Source: Klebsiella phage EI. Taken from it: DNA of 64,000 nucleotides. The stretch's first letter is position 1, and every line of letters starts with the position of its first letter. The translations under genes were made by a program, and so were the position numbers. Of this stretch, positions 48,896-58,881 are shown one piece after another. The notes under the pieces were generated by a model, which worked only from the letters and a program-made list of their open reading frames with translations, was not told where the DNA came from and searched no databases. The stretch lies in sequence record MN106245.1; one strand, given 5' to 3'.

Positions 48896-49573
48896 ATGGC
48901 TGATTTAAAAGCAGGTTCTACAGTCGGAGGTTTACCCATTTGGCACCAAGGTACTATGCCATTGGTCCCGGTTGGAAACTCTTTGACTTATCGTGGTTAT
49001 ACGGTTTACACGACTAATGATAAACCGCAAGCAGCAGATAATGACTTTGTATCTAAGGCTAACGGTGGCACAGGTTCTCAAGCTTTCCAAAAAGAAGTAG
49101 AATTTAAAGAAGGCATAAAAGTTTCTGCGACCTTCAGTGGCGGCAATAGTTTAAACGGGCTTTATTCTGGTAATGGAGACTCAGCATCTCTAACAACAGC
49201 GAACATTGACATTGTTTCATGGTACGGTGTCGGTATTCGTACTTCACTAGATAATAAAGAACGGACCGTAGTTTGGAACGCTAGAACCGGTGATCAAATA
49301 AACAAAGGAAGTATAACAGCTTCTATTCTTAGTTCTAATAATGCTCCTACAGCTGCTCAACATTTAACGCGTAAAGACTACGTTGACGGGCGAATAAATA
49401 CTGTTACTACTAATGCAAACAGCCGGGTTTTGAAATCTGGTGATACTATGACTGGCGTACTTAGAGCTGAAGCTGGCGTAGTTATAGTAAATAAAGCGAC
49501 ATCCGGTGAATATGCTCCTAGATTAGATCAGGTTATTTCGCGCGGAGTAACAATAGATTTTGGCACATACTAA
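48896..49573 (+). CDS. 36: Long tail fibre distal connector gp36
   Basis: 225 aa against 221 in T4; SGDTMTGVL motif. Confidence 0.85.
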   Translation: MADLKAGSTVGGLPIWHQGTMPLVPVGNSLTYRGYTVYTTNDKPQAADNDFVSKANGGTGSQAFQKEVEFKEGIKVSATFSGGNSLNGLYSGNGDSASLTTANIDIVSWYGVGIRTSLDNKERTVVWNARTGDQINKGSITASILSSNNAPTAAQHLTRKDYVDGRINTVTTNANSRVLKSGDTMTGVLRAEAGVVIVNKATSGEYAPRLDQVISRGVTIDFGTY

Positions 49574-49582
49574 GAGGTAGCC

Positions 49583-52500
49583 ATGGCCGATCAAAACTTA
49601 AAACAAATACAATTTAAAAGAACTAGCACAGAGAATAAAGCACCAGGTGCAGATATCGTAGCCCGTGGCGAAATCGCATTGAATACCCATGGTCGTACTC
49701 TTGCCATTTATACTAAAGATGAAAATGATAAAGTAGTACAGTTAGCTGGTAAAGGTGTTCCATTTTTAGATACCTCCGGTACCCTTAGTGTTGGTGGAAC
49801 CACCACATTAAAAGATAACGTTACTATTTCTCCAAATAAAGCAATTAGTTTTGAAACCACTGATTTAAGCGGTGAAATAACACGCCATATTGTCGGTAAA
49901 TGCGCTACTAATGATGGGTGGTATATTGGATCCGGTGGTACAAGCAATAGCGGTATTCTTGAGATCGGTACTATTGACGACGGGAATGAAACCATCCAAT
50001 TCGTACAGCGTGGGGCCGGAAATATAGAAGCCAGAAAATTAGTTTTACTTGATGGCTCTGGTAATACTACTCTTCCAGGCGATTTAAGATTAACTACTAA
50101 TAAAGCCGTTAAAATTAGTAATGGAAGTGACCTTGTTCTTGAAATGGGTGTAGGCGCTAATGACGTTTATATTAAAAACCAGCGAGGCATAGGGGTTCTT
50201 CAACTAACTAATGATAGTAATCTGACGTTTAGAAGTTCCCAGGTTTATTACGCCATGGATGGAAGAGGTCCTGGTAAATCCGGTACTCTTCTGACAAACG
50301 TAGAAAATGAGCGCCAGCTTAAACAGGATAATTTCCCTATAACTACCGGTTCCGAAACTAGATGGACTAAAGTTGCTCTTTTAAAAGACCCTGGATCAAG
50401 CCAGAGCCGCCTGCAATTAATGGTGACTAATGGCGGTAATTATGGCAGTACTTACAGCTCTATCGACTTTATCGATTGTAGCGCTAGAAACTTTCCATCT
50501 TCGTTAACAAGCAGTAACATTCGTAACCACCTACAGGTCCGTCGTCTCGGTAATCCAGCGCTTGATGACACAAACCAATTGCGTTATAGTTTAATTCTTA
50601 CCTCTGAAGGTTTAGAACTGTGGTTTATGCAACGAGCATTCATCGGTGGTGTTAAAGTTGCACTGTTATCTATTGCTGGTGGTACTGAATATTATCTACC
50701 TAACGGTTACACGTCTTCTTCAACTGCACCAGAAGGTTTAGTTGAGAGTACAGCTATTCGTATCTATGATGAATTTAACAAGCCTAACATTGACGGTGGT
50801 ACTGAGGGTATTCTGCCTATTAGCAGAGGCGGTACCGGCGGCACTTCTTCTGCTGCTGCTCGTAATAACTTAGGTCTAGGTACTGCTGCTATTCGCGACG
50901 TCGGCGAATCCACCGGCAACCTTTTAGAAAACGGTGCTTACGGTTTAGGTGGTAATGGTGGTAAATCCATCAACGACATTATCTCTAATGCGGATATGCT
51001 GAATCGTTTAAAAGCATATGGCGGTACTTTCTGGCGTGGTGTTACTAAATCTGGTGTTAGCGTTCAAAATGGCCTTTATAGCCACGGCTCCGGTATTTTT
51101 ATGAATGCTGGTGATACCATGTCAGCTATTAATATCGACTATGCTAGTGCTAAAGTTCGTGTATATGCAGCTAACAACAGTGGTCTTGCTGCAGGAAATG
51201 TTAACTATAACGAACTTTACGGTACAGCAAATAAACCGTCTAAGGCCGACGTAGGGCTTGGTAATCTGACAAACGACACCCAGGTTAAAAAAGCCGGCGA
51301 CACCATGACCGGTGATTTGACGGTTCCTAATTTACATGCTTCCGGTACCGGCACCGCATCGGTATATGTTAATGCCGGGACTGGGAATGCACATGTATGG
51401 TTTAGAACCGATGGTAATGAACGCGGTGTAATCTGGGCAACACCTAATACTACGGATTTAGGTCAGATTAATATTCGTGCAAAAACCACAGCTGGTGTTT
51501 CTGCTGGTGATTTTAGCTTCCGTTCTGATGGCCGCCTTGATGTCCCTGTAGCGGTTAAAATTGGCGGTGCCGCAATGTTAACTAAAGACGGGAACATCAC
51601 CTCCGGCTCTATGTTTGGTGGTAACCTTAACAACTACTTGACTTCTATTAAAAATGATATCACCGCTGGTGATAGTAAGCAAGTAAGTAAAACCGGTGAC
51701 ACAATGACCGGCAACTTGACTATTAATGCTAACTTAAAAGTCGAAAACCCTAATGGAACAATGGTTGATTTAGGTTCAGAGAACTCAGACAAGTACAGCA
51801 GACTGACCCTCGCGCGAAAAATTGGTGACGGCTCAGCTGTGGCAATGCTTAAAATTACTCCTGAAGGACACGTACAATTTGGGTATCAAACTGCAGTTGC
51901 TACTCCAGCTCCTAGCAAGTACATCCTAGTTAAACCCGACGGTCTTGCTGTAGAAGGCGATTTGGTTTTTAATCAGACATATCGTGGCGCTGAAGATGCA
52001 GTTGATATTTCTGATAAGACTATCGACCTTAATAGTCTGATTATTAGGTTCAGTGATTTAGGTACTCGCCAATTGTATAAATGTAGGTCGTCTGGTGGCG
52101 GAAGTAATATATCAAACAAACCTACCTCTGATGGCAACTTTGTTCTTGAAGTTCTGTCTTTGCGTAAGGTTTCTGATACCGATTGGTCGTGTAAGCAGAC
52201 CTTTACCACAAAGAACGATGCCGTTGAAGGTGTATATGTTCGCTACGGACAAAACGGCGGATGGTCTGCCTGGAAAGAGGTTGTCGCAGGTGTTCAACCG
52301 ATTAATCTTGGCGGTACTGGAGCAACTTCTGTAGCTTCTGCTCGTAATAACCTTGGCGTTGGCGAAGGTCAAACGGTGACGTTCGGCGGATTGAAAGTTA
52401 ACGGTATTGGAACAAATGACCCCTATCTAACATTTAAAAATGGGGCCGCAGTTCGCGAAGCCCAAGGTGGTAGTACCGGTGCATTACTCATATCAGCTTC

Positions 52501-53935
52501 TTCTACAGCCGCGGCAGGAGCTAAATATATTGCTTTTAGGCCATTCGGTGATTCGTCCAATTCTGAGATTAGAGTTAAAGCTAATGGTTCTGATCCTCTG
52601 CTTGAATGGTCTTATGGCCCAGGCATTCGTTCAAACGACTCTGGTGCTTTTGTTGTCTATGCAAAAACAGGTCAGGCACTCCATTTAAGACCGAACGGCG
52701 ACAGTGCGAGCCAAGCTACTGTTATCGATCAGAATGGTAAAATGGTTGTCGGTGGTGAGTTCGAGGCGCAGAACTCGAAAATCACAGGCAACCTGAACGT
52801 CTCTGAAGATAACAGAATGATCGTTCTTGGTAAAAACTCTGATATAGGTTTAGTCAAGAAAAACGGTATGCCAGGAAAAATGGCTATCAGTAAATCTAAT
52901 TCGTTTACTGTTATGGCATCAACCAATACCAATAACCAAATTAATCCTGCTGACACGTTTAACGACATATTCAAGGTAGATGCTGACGGAAACCAAACTG
53001 TTTATGGAAATGCCCAAATCAATAGACAGTTAACTGTTTCTAGTGCAGCCACTGTTACGGGTACTATTAATGCCAACGGCGGTATTATTGTTCCTACTAC
53101 CAAGTATGTTCAAATTGCCGATGCTCCTACGCAGAATAACCAAGCCACTAACAAGAAATATGTTGATGATAAGGTTGCTTCTGCTATTAGTAATGCTGGC
53201 GACACGTATCTTCCATTAGCGGGTGGTACTGTAACTGGTAGATTAATAATTACAGGTGATCAGTTAAAAACTACATCGCTCTGGGTTACCGGAGCTTCGG
53301 CCCTTAACGGTAATTTAGAAGTAGGCGGTAATGTTGTTAGTAATACTGGTATTGGTAGTTTTGTTGGTGCTGTAGATGTTAAGGCCCCTGCCGTAGATAA
53401 TGGTACAACGCACCTTTGGTTCCGACATTCTAATGGTGGCGAGCGTGGTGTGATTTACATGCCAGGTAACAATAATACCATGATGGGATTAAGAGCCGCT
53501 TCTAGTGAATGGCAATTCCACGGTGCTACAGGACAAATTACTGGCCCTGGAGCGCGTTGGACGTTGCATTCTGACGGTAACTTACAATCTAGCCTATTCA
53601 CTTCATATGGTGTAGGTGGCGAAGGTTATATTAATAACTGGGTTCCTGGCGTAGCTAATAAGGTATCTAATGATAATATTTGGGCCTGGCGTATTAGTCA
53701 AGGCGCATTTGATGTCGGTATGTATATTATGGCAGCTACCCACAATGACTGGACTGGATCTCAGGAATTTACACCAGGGCAAACTATAGCAGGAAGTAAT
53801 CTTTTTTGGACAACCTCTGATGGTGGAGATTGGGATTATGGCGCTAAACGCCTTTCTGGTACTTGGATGGCATGTGGATTCTCTGCTAACCGTAATAATG
53901 TCCACCGCACAACTATTTGGAAAAGAATTGCATGA
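49583..53935 (+). CDS. 37: Long tail fibre distal subunit gp37 (receptor-binding)
   Basis: 1450 aa. The N-terminus is T-even gp37-like. Repeated GDTMTG and H.WFR.DGNERGVI modules are shared with gp34. Confidence 0.85.
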   Translation: MADQNLKQIQFKRTSTENKAPGADIVARGEIALNTHGRTLAIYTKDENDKVVQLAGKGVPFLDTSGTLSVGGTTTLKDNVTISPNKAISFETTDLSGEITRHIVGKCATNDGWYIGSGGTSNSGILEIGTIDDGNETIQFVQRGAGNIEARKLVLLDGSGNTTLPGDLRLTTNKAVKISNGSDLVLEMGVGANDVYIKNQRGIGVLQLTNDSNLTFRSSQVYYAMDGRGPGKSGTLLTNVENERQLKQDNFPITTGSETRWTKVALLKDPGSSQSRLQLMVTNGGNYGSTYSSIDFIDCSARNFPSSLTSSNIRNHLQVRRLGNPALDDTNQLRYSLILTSEGLELWFMQRAFIGGVKVALLSIAGGTEYYLPNGYTSSSTAPEGLVESTAIRIYDEFNKPNIDGGTEGILPISRGGTGGTSSAAARNNLGLGTAAIRDVGESTGNLLENGAYGLGGNGGKSINDIISNADMLNRLKAYGGTFWRGVTKSGVSVQNGLYSHGSGIFMNAGDTMSAINIDYASAKVRVYAANNSGLAAGNVNYNELYGTANKPSKADVGLGNLTNDTQVKKAGDTMTGDLTVPNLHASGTGTASVYVNAGTGNAHVWFRTDGNERGVIWATPNTTDLGQINIRAKTTAGVSAGDFSFRSDGRLDVPVAVKIGGAAMLTKDGNITSGSMFGGNLNNYLTSIKNDITAGDSKQVSKTGDTMTGNLTINANLKVENPNGTMVDLGSENSDKYSRLTLARKIGDGSAVAMLKITPEGHVQFGYQTAVATPAPSKYILVKPDGLAVEGDLVFNQTYRGAEDAVDISDKTIDLNSLIIRFSDLGTRQLYKCRSSGGGSNISNKPTSDGNFVLEVLSLRKVSDTDWSCKQTFTTKNDAVEGVYVRYGQNGGWSAWKEVVAGVQPINLGGTGATSVASARNNLGVGEGQTVTFGGLKVNGIGTNDPYLTFKNGAAVREAQGGSTGALLISASSTAAAGAKYIAFRPFGDSSNSEIRVKANGSDPLLEWSYGPGIRSNDSGAFVVYAKTGQALHLRPNGDSASQATVIDQNGKMVVGGEFEAQNSKITGNLNVSEDNRMIVLGKNSDIGLVKKNGMPGKMAISKSNSFTVMASTNTNNQINPADTFNDIFKVDADGNQTVYGNAQINRQLTVSSAATVTGTINANGGIIVPTTKYVQIADAPTQNNQATNKKYVDDKVASAISNAGDTYLPLAGGTVTGRLIITGDQLKTTSLWVTGASALNGNLEVGGNVVSNTGIGSFVGAVDVKAPAVDNGTTHLWFRHSNGGERGVIYMPGNNNTMMGLRAASSEWQFHGATGQITGPGARWTLHSDGNLQSSLFTSYGVGGEGYINNWVPGVANKVSNDNIWAWRISQGAFDVGMYIMAATHNDWTGSQEFTPGQTIAGSNLFWTTSDGGDWDYGAKRLSGTWMACGFSANRNNVHRTTIWKRIA

Positions 53936-54333
53936 TAAATTTTGATAAAGCAACAAATCCTAGGTCAAATGACTTAGAGAATTATATCGATGTGGATGTC
54001 CCCTTTGGGGACATCATTATTCCGTATACTTTAACACCTGATGACAATGCTTCTAAAGAAGCTTATTATAAATTTAAATCTTCCGGAACCGTTAAGATTA
54101 AACCTGATGGTGATTATAAATGGGAAACCGATGATTGGGTCCCGTTCGGTATTAAGGAATATTCTAATATTGCTGAATCTCAAAAACTGGAAAGAGAAGC
54201 TAAGATAAGAGAATTAACGCCTATTATCGATGCATTATCTGATAAAATTGAATTTGGCATGTCTGATGATATTGAAGCAGATAAAGCAGAACTATTACAA
54301 CTACGCAAGGAAAGAGCGTCCCTTATGAGATAA
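53932..54333 (+). CDS. 38: Tail fibre assembly chaperone (gp38-like/Tfa-like)
   Basis: The ATG overlaps the gene 37 TGA (ATGA). 133 aa with a coiled C-terminal region. Lies between 37 and t as gene 38 does in T4. Confidence 0.5.
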   Translation: MINFDKATNPRSNDLENYIDVDVPFGDIIIPYTLTPDDNASKEAYYKFKSSGTVKIKPDGDYKWETDDWVPFGIKEYSNIAESQKLEREAKIRELTPIIDALSDKIEFGMSDDIEADKAELLQLRKERASLMR

Positions 54334-54352
54334 ATATAAGTGAGGAGGGCAC

Positions 54353-55009
54353 ATGGCCAATAAAATATCTATACCTATATCGGATATTCTATTTGGGGTG
54401 CTTGACCGCTTGTTTAAAGATAACGCCTCTGGAAAGCTTTTGTTTTCCAGAGTTATAGTAGTTGTAATCTTATTTGGGCTTACTTTTATTTGGTATAAAT
54501 CCGATGCTATAGCTAACGCATACGTAAAGAGTTCGTATGAAAGTTATAACGAGATTCTAGTAAAAACTCAAGAGCTTAAATTTGAGAACACAGCGCTCGA
54601 GCAACTTCAAATAGTTCATGTATCTAGTGGTGCTGATTTTAGTGCAGTATTTAATTTCAGGCCAAAGAACTTAAACTATTTCGTAGATTTAATAGCTTTT
54701 GAAGGAAAATTACCAAGCACAGTCGATCCTAAAAACTTAGGTGGGTATCCTATAGATAAAACAACGCCAGAATATACCACACACTTGTCCGGAAGAAACT
54801 ATTGGAGTGAGAATGAATTTGTTTTCTTACCAACTAAGAAGAAGCCTGAAGAAGTGACTTATATGTTTTCTTGTCCGTATTTTAACTTGGATAACATTTA
54901 TTCTGGGGCTGTTGAGATGTATTGGTATGGCAAACGACCAACTATAACGGAAGATCGTTTGTCATCAATATGCGGGCAGGCTGTAAGGGCTTTAGGAAGG
55001 AGTAAGTGA
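54353..55009 (+). CDS. t: Holin T
   Basis: 218 aa, collinear with T4 T holin (SDILFGVLDRLFKDNA.GKLL.SRV, LEQLQIVH.SSGADFSAV.NFRPKNLNYFVD.IA.EGKLPST, CPYFNLDNIY). Confidence 0.9.
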   Translation: MANKISIPISDILFGVLDRLFKDNASGKLLFSRVIVVVILFGLTFIWYKSDAIANAYVKSSYESYNEILVKTQELKFENTALEQLQIVHVSSGADFSAVFNFRPKNLNYFVDLIAFEGKLPSTVDPKNLGGYPIDKTTPEYTTHLSGRNYWSENEFVFLPTKKKPEEVTYMFSCPYFNLDNIYSGAVEMYWYGKRPTITEDRLSSICGQAVRALGRSK

Positions 55010-55282
55010 TTAATTGTTAGCGTACATTTCCATATGGCGGTATACGCTTTCATGACCTACATTAAATTCTTGAATCAGCTGTTTCTTTTCGTCATCAGAT
55101 AACTCGGCTACCATCTTACGGAAATTAGCCGAGTTTAATTCCCTTCCGAACTCATTTCTAATCCCACACTCATTTAAAAATGCAATAAACCCTTCACGAT
55201 TTTCTAAAATATCTTCACGTTGAAATTTAATCAGTAATGAAGCCATAGTAATAATTTCAGAAACTATTTCAAACTTAGACAT
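55010..55282 (-). CDS. asiA: Anti-sigma-70 factor AsiA
   Basis: Trimmed to MSKFEIVSEIITMASLLIKFQREDILENREGFIAFLNE..., which matches T4 AsiA (90 aa). Confidence 0.85.
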   Translation of the reverse strand: MSKFEIVSEIITMASLLIKFQREDILENREGFIAFLNECGIRNEFGRELNSANFRKMVAELSDDEKKQLIQEFNVGHESVYRHMEMYANN

Positions 55283-55324
55283 ACTATTCCTTAACAGACA
55301 TCTCACTTGTTTTGGTATACGAAT

Positions 55325-55354
55325 ACTATACCTTGTTACACTACCATTGTAAAC
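55325..55354 (-). promoter_or_regulatory. T4-type early promoter upstream of asiA
   Basis: GTTTACaatggtagtgtaacaaggTATAGTattcg on the minus strand. Confidence 0.55.
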
Positions 55355-55641
55355 CCATGTTTTTGGCTTATCTTTTTGACACGATTCAGAGCATCAAAAA
55401 CTACACTACGAGAAGGGCCGTGTAATGTATACGTCTGATGAGCCTGGGTTAGCCTGACGCCGCCTGGTTCACTATTGAAGTCGGCCTTAAGTGCATGATT
55501 AAGCTTGAATTTAGGTTCAGCTTCGTTGCTCCTGTAGAACTTGATGTCTACACGGAATTCTTCTACGATACTAGACATCAAGTATTCGAACAAGTCATAG
55601 GCTTCACGTTCGCGTTCAAGTTGTTCATGAGCTACATTCAT
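55336..55641 (-). CDS. Hypothetical early protein (Arn-like by position)
   Basis: Trimmed to MNVAHEQLEREREAYDLFEY... (101 aa) with an AAGGTAAAG RBS. Lies in the T4 arn position next to asiA. Confidence 0.35.
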   Translation of the reverse strand: MNVAHEQLEREREAYDLFEYLMSSIVEEFRVDIKFYRSNEAEPKFKLNHALKADFNSEPGGVRLTQAHQTYTLHGPSRSVVFDALNRVKKISQKHGFTMVV

Positions 55642-55749
55642 TATCTTTACCTTTATGCTTTTGTTTACGTTTGGAATCTTTAGCAGCGCGCTTTTTGTCC
55701 TTATGAGCACCACCCTTGTTAAAGTCGTTCTTCGCTACCAAGTTATTCA

Positions 55750-56211
55750 TTAATAAAGGTCCTCTGAGTATAATTCATCAGCCGGGCCACCACGCTCAAT
55801 ACGCACCTGATTAGCATATGTGGCAATAATCATAGCTTCTTTGCGGGTCCAATAGTTGCTGTATTGATCGATGAAGCCTTGGTCATCGCCAACGGCTTGG
55901 TCTGAAACTAATTTATCAGAAACCACATCCAACACAGCTGCCATGCACTTAGAATAATGGCGTGCGCCCGGAATAACTAAAGTTCCGCCATCTTTCAATT
56001 TGAAGCGATTAGCTGCTGAAACAATTCGACGTTGGAACTTACGGTCTTCGTACCAATACGCAGTTTCCCAACAGATTTCAGGTACTTCGTCCAGAACATT
56101 TTGCTCTGTATATTCGCCACCATAAGAGGCTAATTTTTTAGCTAGACTCTCGGGGGTTTCGCGCGCTAAGGCTTCGTCTAACAATGCTAAGCGCTCTTTA
56201 AATGGAAGCAT
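55750..56211 (-). CDS. Hypothetical early protein
   Basis: 153-aa ORF between the arn-like gene and motA. Confidence 0.4.
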   Translation of the reverse strand: MLPFKERLALLDEALARETPESLAKKLASYGGEYTEQNVLDEVPEICWETAYWYEDRKFQRRIVSAANRFKLKDGGTLVIPGARHYSKCMAAVLDVVSDKLVSDQAVGDDQGFIDQYSNYWTRKEAMIIATYANQVRIERGGPADELYSEDLY

Positions 56212-56401
56212 AATGTTTGATAACCTCTTTTAAGCATCTGGTTGAAATGTGAAACCGTTTTGCAAGGCCGCATTCTTGGATGTGCATGCTCAGCATATGT
56301 GCTTCGACATATCCAAGCTCAGTTATAAACCGTTTAATTTGAGCCTTTTCTGAACGGTTTAGCGAATTAAAGTATTCACTAGAGGTCATCAGTACTCTCA
56401 T
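56198..56401 (-). CDS. Hypothetical small protein
   Basis: 67-aa ORF. Confidence 0.35.
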   Translation of the reverse strand: MRVLMTSSEYFNSLNRSEKAQIKRFITELGYVEAHMLSMHIQECGLAKRFHISTRCLKEVIKHYASI

Positions 56402-56577
56402 TTATTTGACCTCGTTAGTTAGTTTTTCATTAAGGACTCTAATGACATAGCGACCGTGGTCTGCACCTAGTTTACAATCAGCCATTGTCCAAGAGTCGCC
56501 TACTTGGTACTTATGCAAGGCTCTGGTATTAATATCCTTTACCAGGCCCATAATCAGATCATTAATCTCTTGTTCAC

Positions 56578-56901
56578 TCATTTAAAGAATCCTTTAATCT
56601 TCTGCCAGATACTTTTCTTAGGTGCTTCACCAATCTGGCGAATAACAGGTTGAGCCGTTTGAAGTTCGATGTAATCTGCAATACGAATCTTATTAGCATC
56701 TTCAACATAAGAAGAAATCGCAGCCATGAAATTAGTTCTGAACCCTAACGGAGCCACATCATCATTACGTAAAATGCCGTATTGCCCAGCTTTAACCTTA
56801 ACGATAGTGCCTAGATAAGCACCGTGATACCATATGTCCCAACCAGCTTGAGTTGGCTCGGCGCACTTACGGAGTTCATTGATGATTTCTAACTTGTTCA
56901 T
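56578..56901 (-). CDS. Hypothetical protein
   Basis: 107-aa ORF. Confidence 0.4.
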   Translation of the reverse strand: MNKLEIINELRKCAEPTQAGWDIWYHGAYLGTIVKVKAGQYGILRNDDVAPLGFRTNFMAAISSYVEDANKIRIADYIELQTAQPVIRQIGEAPKKSIWQKIKGFFK

Positions 56902-56902
56902 A

Positions 56903-57088
56903 TTAACCTCTCATTACTAAACGGATGCCAACCACTTTTATTTCCAGGTCTTCGCGGTAAGTTTTATCATCGCCGTATATTTGTCCTAACCGAACTAAAG
57001 CGTCCTGTTCGGTTTCTGCCGGAATATTATACGTGTTAGGTAAAACATTGTCGCCTTTATAAAAGGTTACTTCATAAAGATTTTTCAT
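56903..57088 (-). CDS. Hypothetical small protein
   Basis: Trimmed to the internal ATG (MKNLYEVTFYKG...) with a GAGGAAAAT RBS, starting just after the motA stop. Confidence 0.35.
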   Translation of the reverse strand: MKNLYEVTFYKGDNVLPNTYNIPAETEQDALVRLGQIYGDDKTYREDLEIKVVGIRLVMRG

Positions 57089-57095
57089 ATTTTCC

Positions 57096-57728
57096 TCAGA
57101 ATACGTTTGCAATGATTGAAGCCATTTCAGAAGTAATGTTTGGGAAATCGATGTAAGTGTTTTTGCCACCCACTTTGACCTTAACATCCGAACTTAAAGA
57201 TGTGAACACCTTAGTCTCAGACTCGGCCATGTTATAACCAAAGACACGAAGTGAGCCATCACGGCGGATTTCGATTTGACGAACACCGTTAGTACGCTTA
57301 ACCAACTGAACTTCTAAGTTGCTACGGTTTTCGATGATACCTTTGAGATCAACCCGGGCTTCGAGAATAGTTTTAACTTCTTCAGCCAGTTTAGTCATTT
57401 CTTCAGTAACACCACGAGCACTACGAGTTCTGCGTTTCTGGAGAAGCTCTGGCTTATTTTCTTCAGCGTGAAGAACTGCCGCAGCCTGGATGATATCCAT
57501 TGCTTCACCGGTAGCAATCAGGCCATCTTCAGATTTTTCGATTAAGCCTTTCTTCAGAAGAACACCGATGTTGGAGTTCACTGAAGAAGCATTCATAGTT
57601 TCAGACAGAAGGTCACGAATTTCTGCAGAAGTGATGTAGTTGTTTTTGATAACCTGAATCAGAATCGATGCAGTTTTTTCGTTCAGAACGTTATTAGAAG
57701 CTTTGATGATGTAAGTAACTTTAGACAT
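57096..57728 (-). CDS. motA: Middle transcription activator MotA
   Basis: Trimmed to MSKVTYIIKASNNVLNEKTASILI..., collinear with T4 MotA (211 aa). Confidence 0.85.
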   Translation of the reverse strand: MSKVTYIIKASNNVLNEKTASILIQVIKNNYITSAEIRDLLSETMNASSVNSNIGVLLKKGLIEKSEDGLIATGEAMDIIQAAAVLHAEENKPELLQKRRTRSARGVTEEMTKLAEEVKTILEARVDLKGIIENRSNLEVQLVKRTNGVRQIEIRRDGSLRVFGYNMAESETKVFTSLSSDVKVKVGGKNTYIDFPNITSEMASIIANVF

Positions 57729-57766
57729 TTTATTTCTCCAATTCATTCGTTTGTTTTGATAGGTCT

Positions 57767-57795
57767 ATAATAACACGTTTGAAGCAGAAGTAAAC
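57767..57795 (-). promoter_or_regulatory. T4-type early promoter upstream of motA
   Basis: GTTTACttctgcttcaaacgtgtTATTATagacc on the minus strand. Confidence 0.55.
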
Positions 57796-57802
57796 ATTTA
57801 AA

Positions 57803-58450
57803 TCACATCTTTTTGCAAAGTTTCCACTGAACTACGGCGTAGTCAAACTTGTAGCCTAGGCTCATGAACTGCTCGATGAAATCACTACGTGTAGGAGCAT
57901 TAGCTTGGTTGTAGATAGCCATTGCCTTGCGAGTGGGCTTAGCAACGCGTTTCTTTTCACCACCAAAGTTTGGAGAACTTGGCTTCTTAGAACGAGGCAG
58001 CTCTTTAGAAGTAAAAGCTACTGCATCAAACTCGGTTTCATACCGGGTTCCGTGATTAATCATCCATTCTTCCATGAAACCTACACCAGTACGAATAGGA
58101 GTTGTAGCACGAGCATGAGTGTCACCCAGTTCAATAGCTTTAGCTCTCCACACTGCATCATGGTTATGACCTTTAGTCAATGCATGCGCTAATTCATGGA
58201 GGATAGTTTCTTCAACTTGAGCTCCTGACATTGCGTAGAAATAGCGAGCTTGGATAGCGATGCGGCGCTTGTAATAAGAGCAGTACCCGATGTTATTTTT
58301 CTTTGCAGAAGATACAACCATGAAGTGCCAATCCTCAAGGCCATGCTGCTTACATTTAGCTTCAAAGAAACCTTGAGCCGATTCAATAGAATGATAGAAA
58401 ACACCGTTACGGTAAAAAGCTTTAGAAGCTACTCGTTCGATAAGGTTCAT
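57803..58450 (-). CDS. SprT-like zinc metalloprotease-domain protein
   Basis: Trimmed to MNLIERV...; contains an ILHELAHAL (HExxH) motif. Basic C-terminal tail. Confidence 0.55.
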   Translation of the reverse strand: MNLIERVASKAFYRNGVFYHSIESAQGFFEAKCKQHGLEDWHFMVVSSAKKNNIGYCSYYKRRIAIQARYFYAMSGAQVEETILHELAHALTKGHNHDAVWRAKAIELGDTHARATTPIRTGVGFMEEWMINHGTRYETEFDAVAFTSKELPRSKKPSSPNFGGEKKRVAKPTRKAMAIYNQANAPTRSDFIEQFMSLGYKFDYAVVQWKLCKKM

Positions 58451-58488
58451 TTTATTTCTCCGATTCAACGTTTTGTTGGGGTAGGAGT

Positions 58489-58518
58489 ACTATAACCTGT
58501 TTTGAAAGCAAAGTAAAC
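58489..58518 (-). promoter_or_regulatory. T4-type early promoter
   Basis: GTTTACtttgctttcaaaacaggtTATAGTactcctaccccaacaaaacg on the minus strand. Confidence 0.55.
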
Positions 58519-58701
58519 TGGTGGATTTAAAAATTTTTGAATTGGCAGGAATTGCCTAGGGAGACTTTTAAAGGAAGGATGATGAAACATAAAGGGTGCC
58601 TGAACAGAATGTCCAGGCGACCACTTAGAAGGTATAGTCGATAATCAGAGTGATTACCATCAAAGAAAAGACCATTCCTACGAACAGCCAGTGTAGCGTA
58701 A

Positions 58702-58881
58702 TCATCTGGTGGCCAGTGCGGCACCAATAGCTATCAGAACGACAACTAGAATCCAGATAACAACTGCACTGCCGATCCAGAATGCAATTCCCCATAAAGC
58801 AGCGGTAGACCAAACCATGCCACCTGACAGGTTAATTAGAAAAGCTACTAAACCGATAATAAAAGCTAAGCTAAATTTCAT
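58702..58881 (-). CDS. Small membrane protein (59 aa), translationally coupled to gene 52
   Basis: MKFSLAFIIGLVAFLINLSGGMVWSTAALWGIAFWIGSAVVIWILVVVLIAIGAALATR. Its ATG overlaps the gp52 TGA. Not in the ORF track because it is under 60 aa. Confidence 0.5.
   Translation of the reverse strand: MKFSLAFIIGLVAFLINLSGGMVWSTAALWGIAFWIGSAVVIWILVVVLIAIGAALATR

Noticed and set aside
58625-58813. ORF-track 62-aa ORF.
   Set aside because: The overlapping 59-aa ORF at 58702..58881 has a clean membrane-protein sequence and ATGA coupling to gp52. The track ORF is an out-of-frame shadow.
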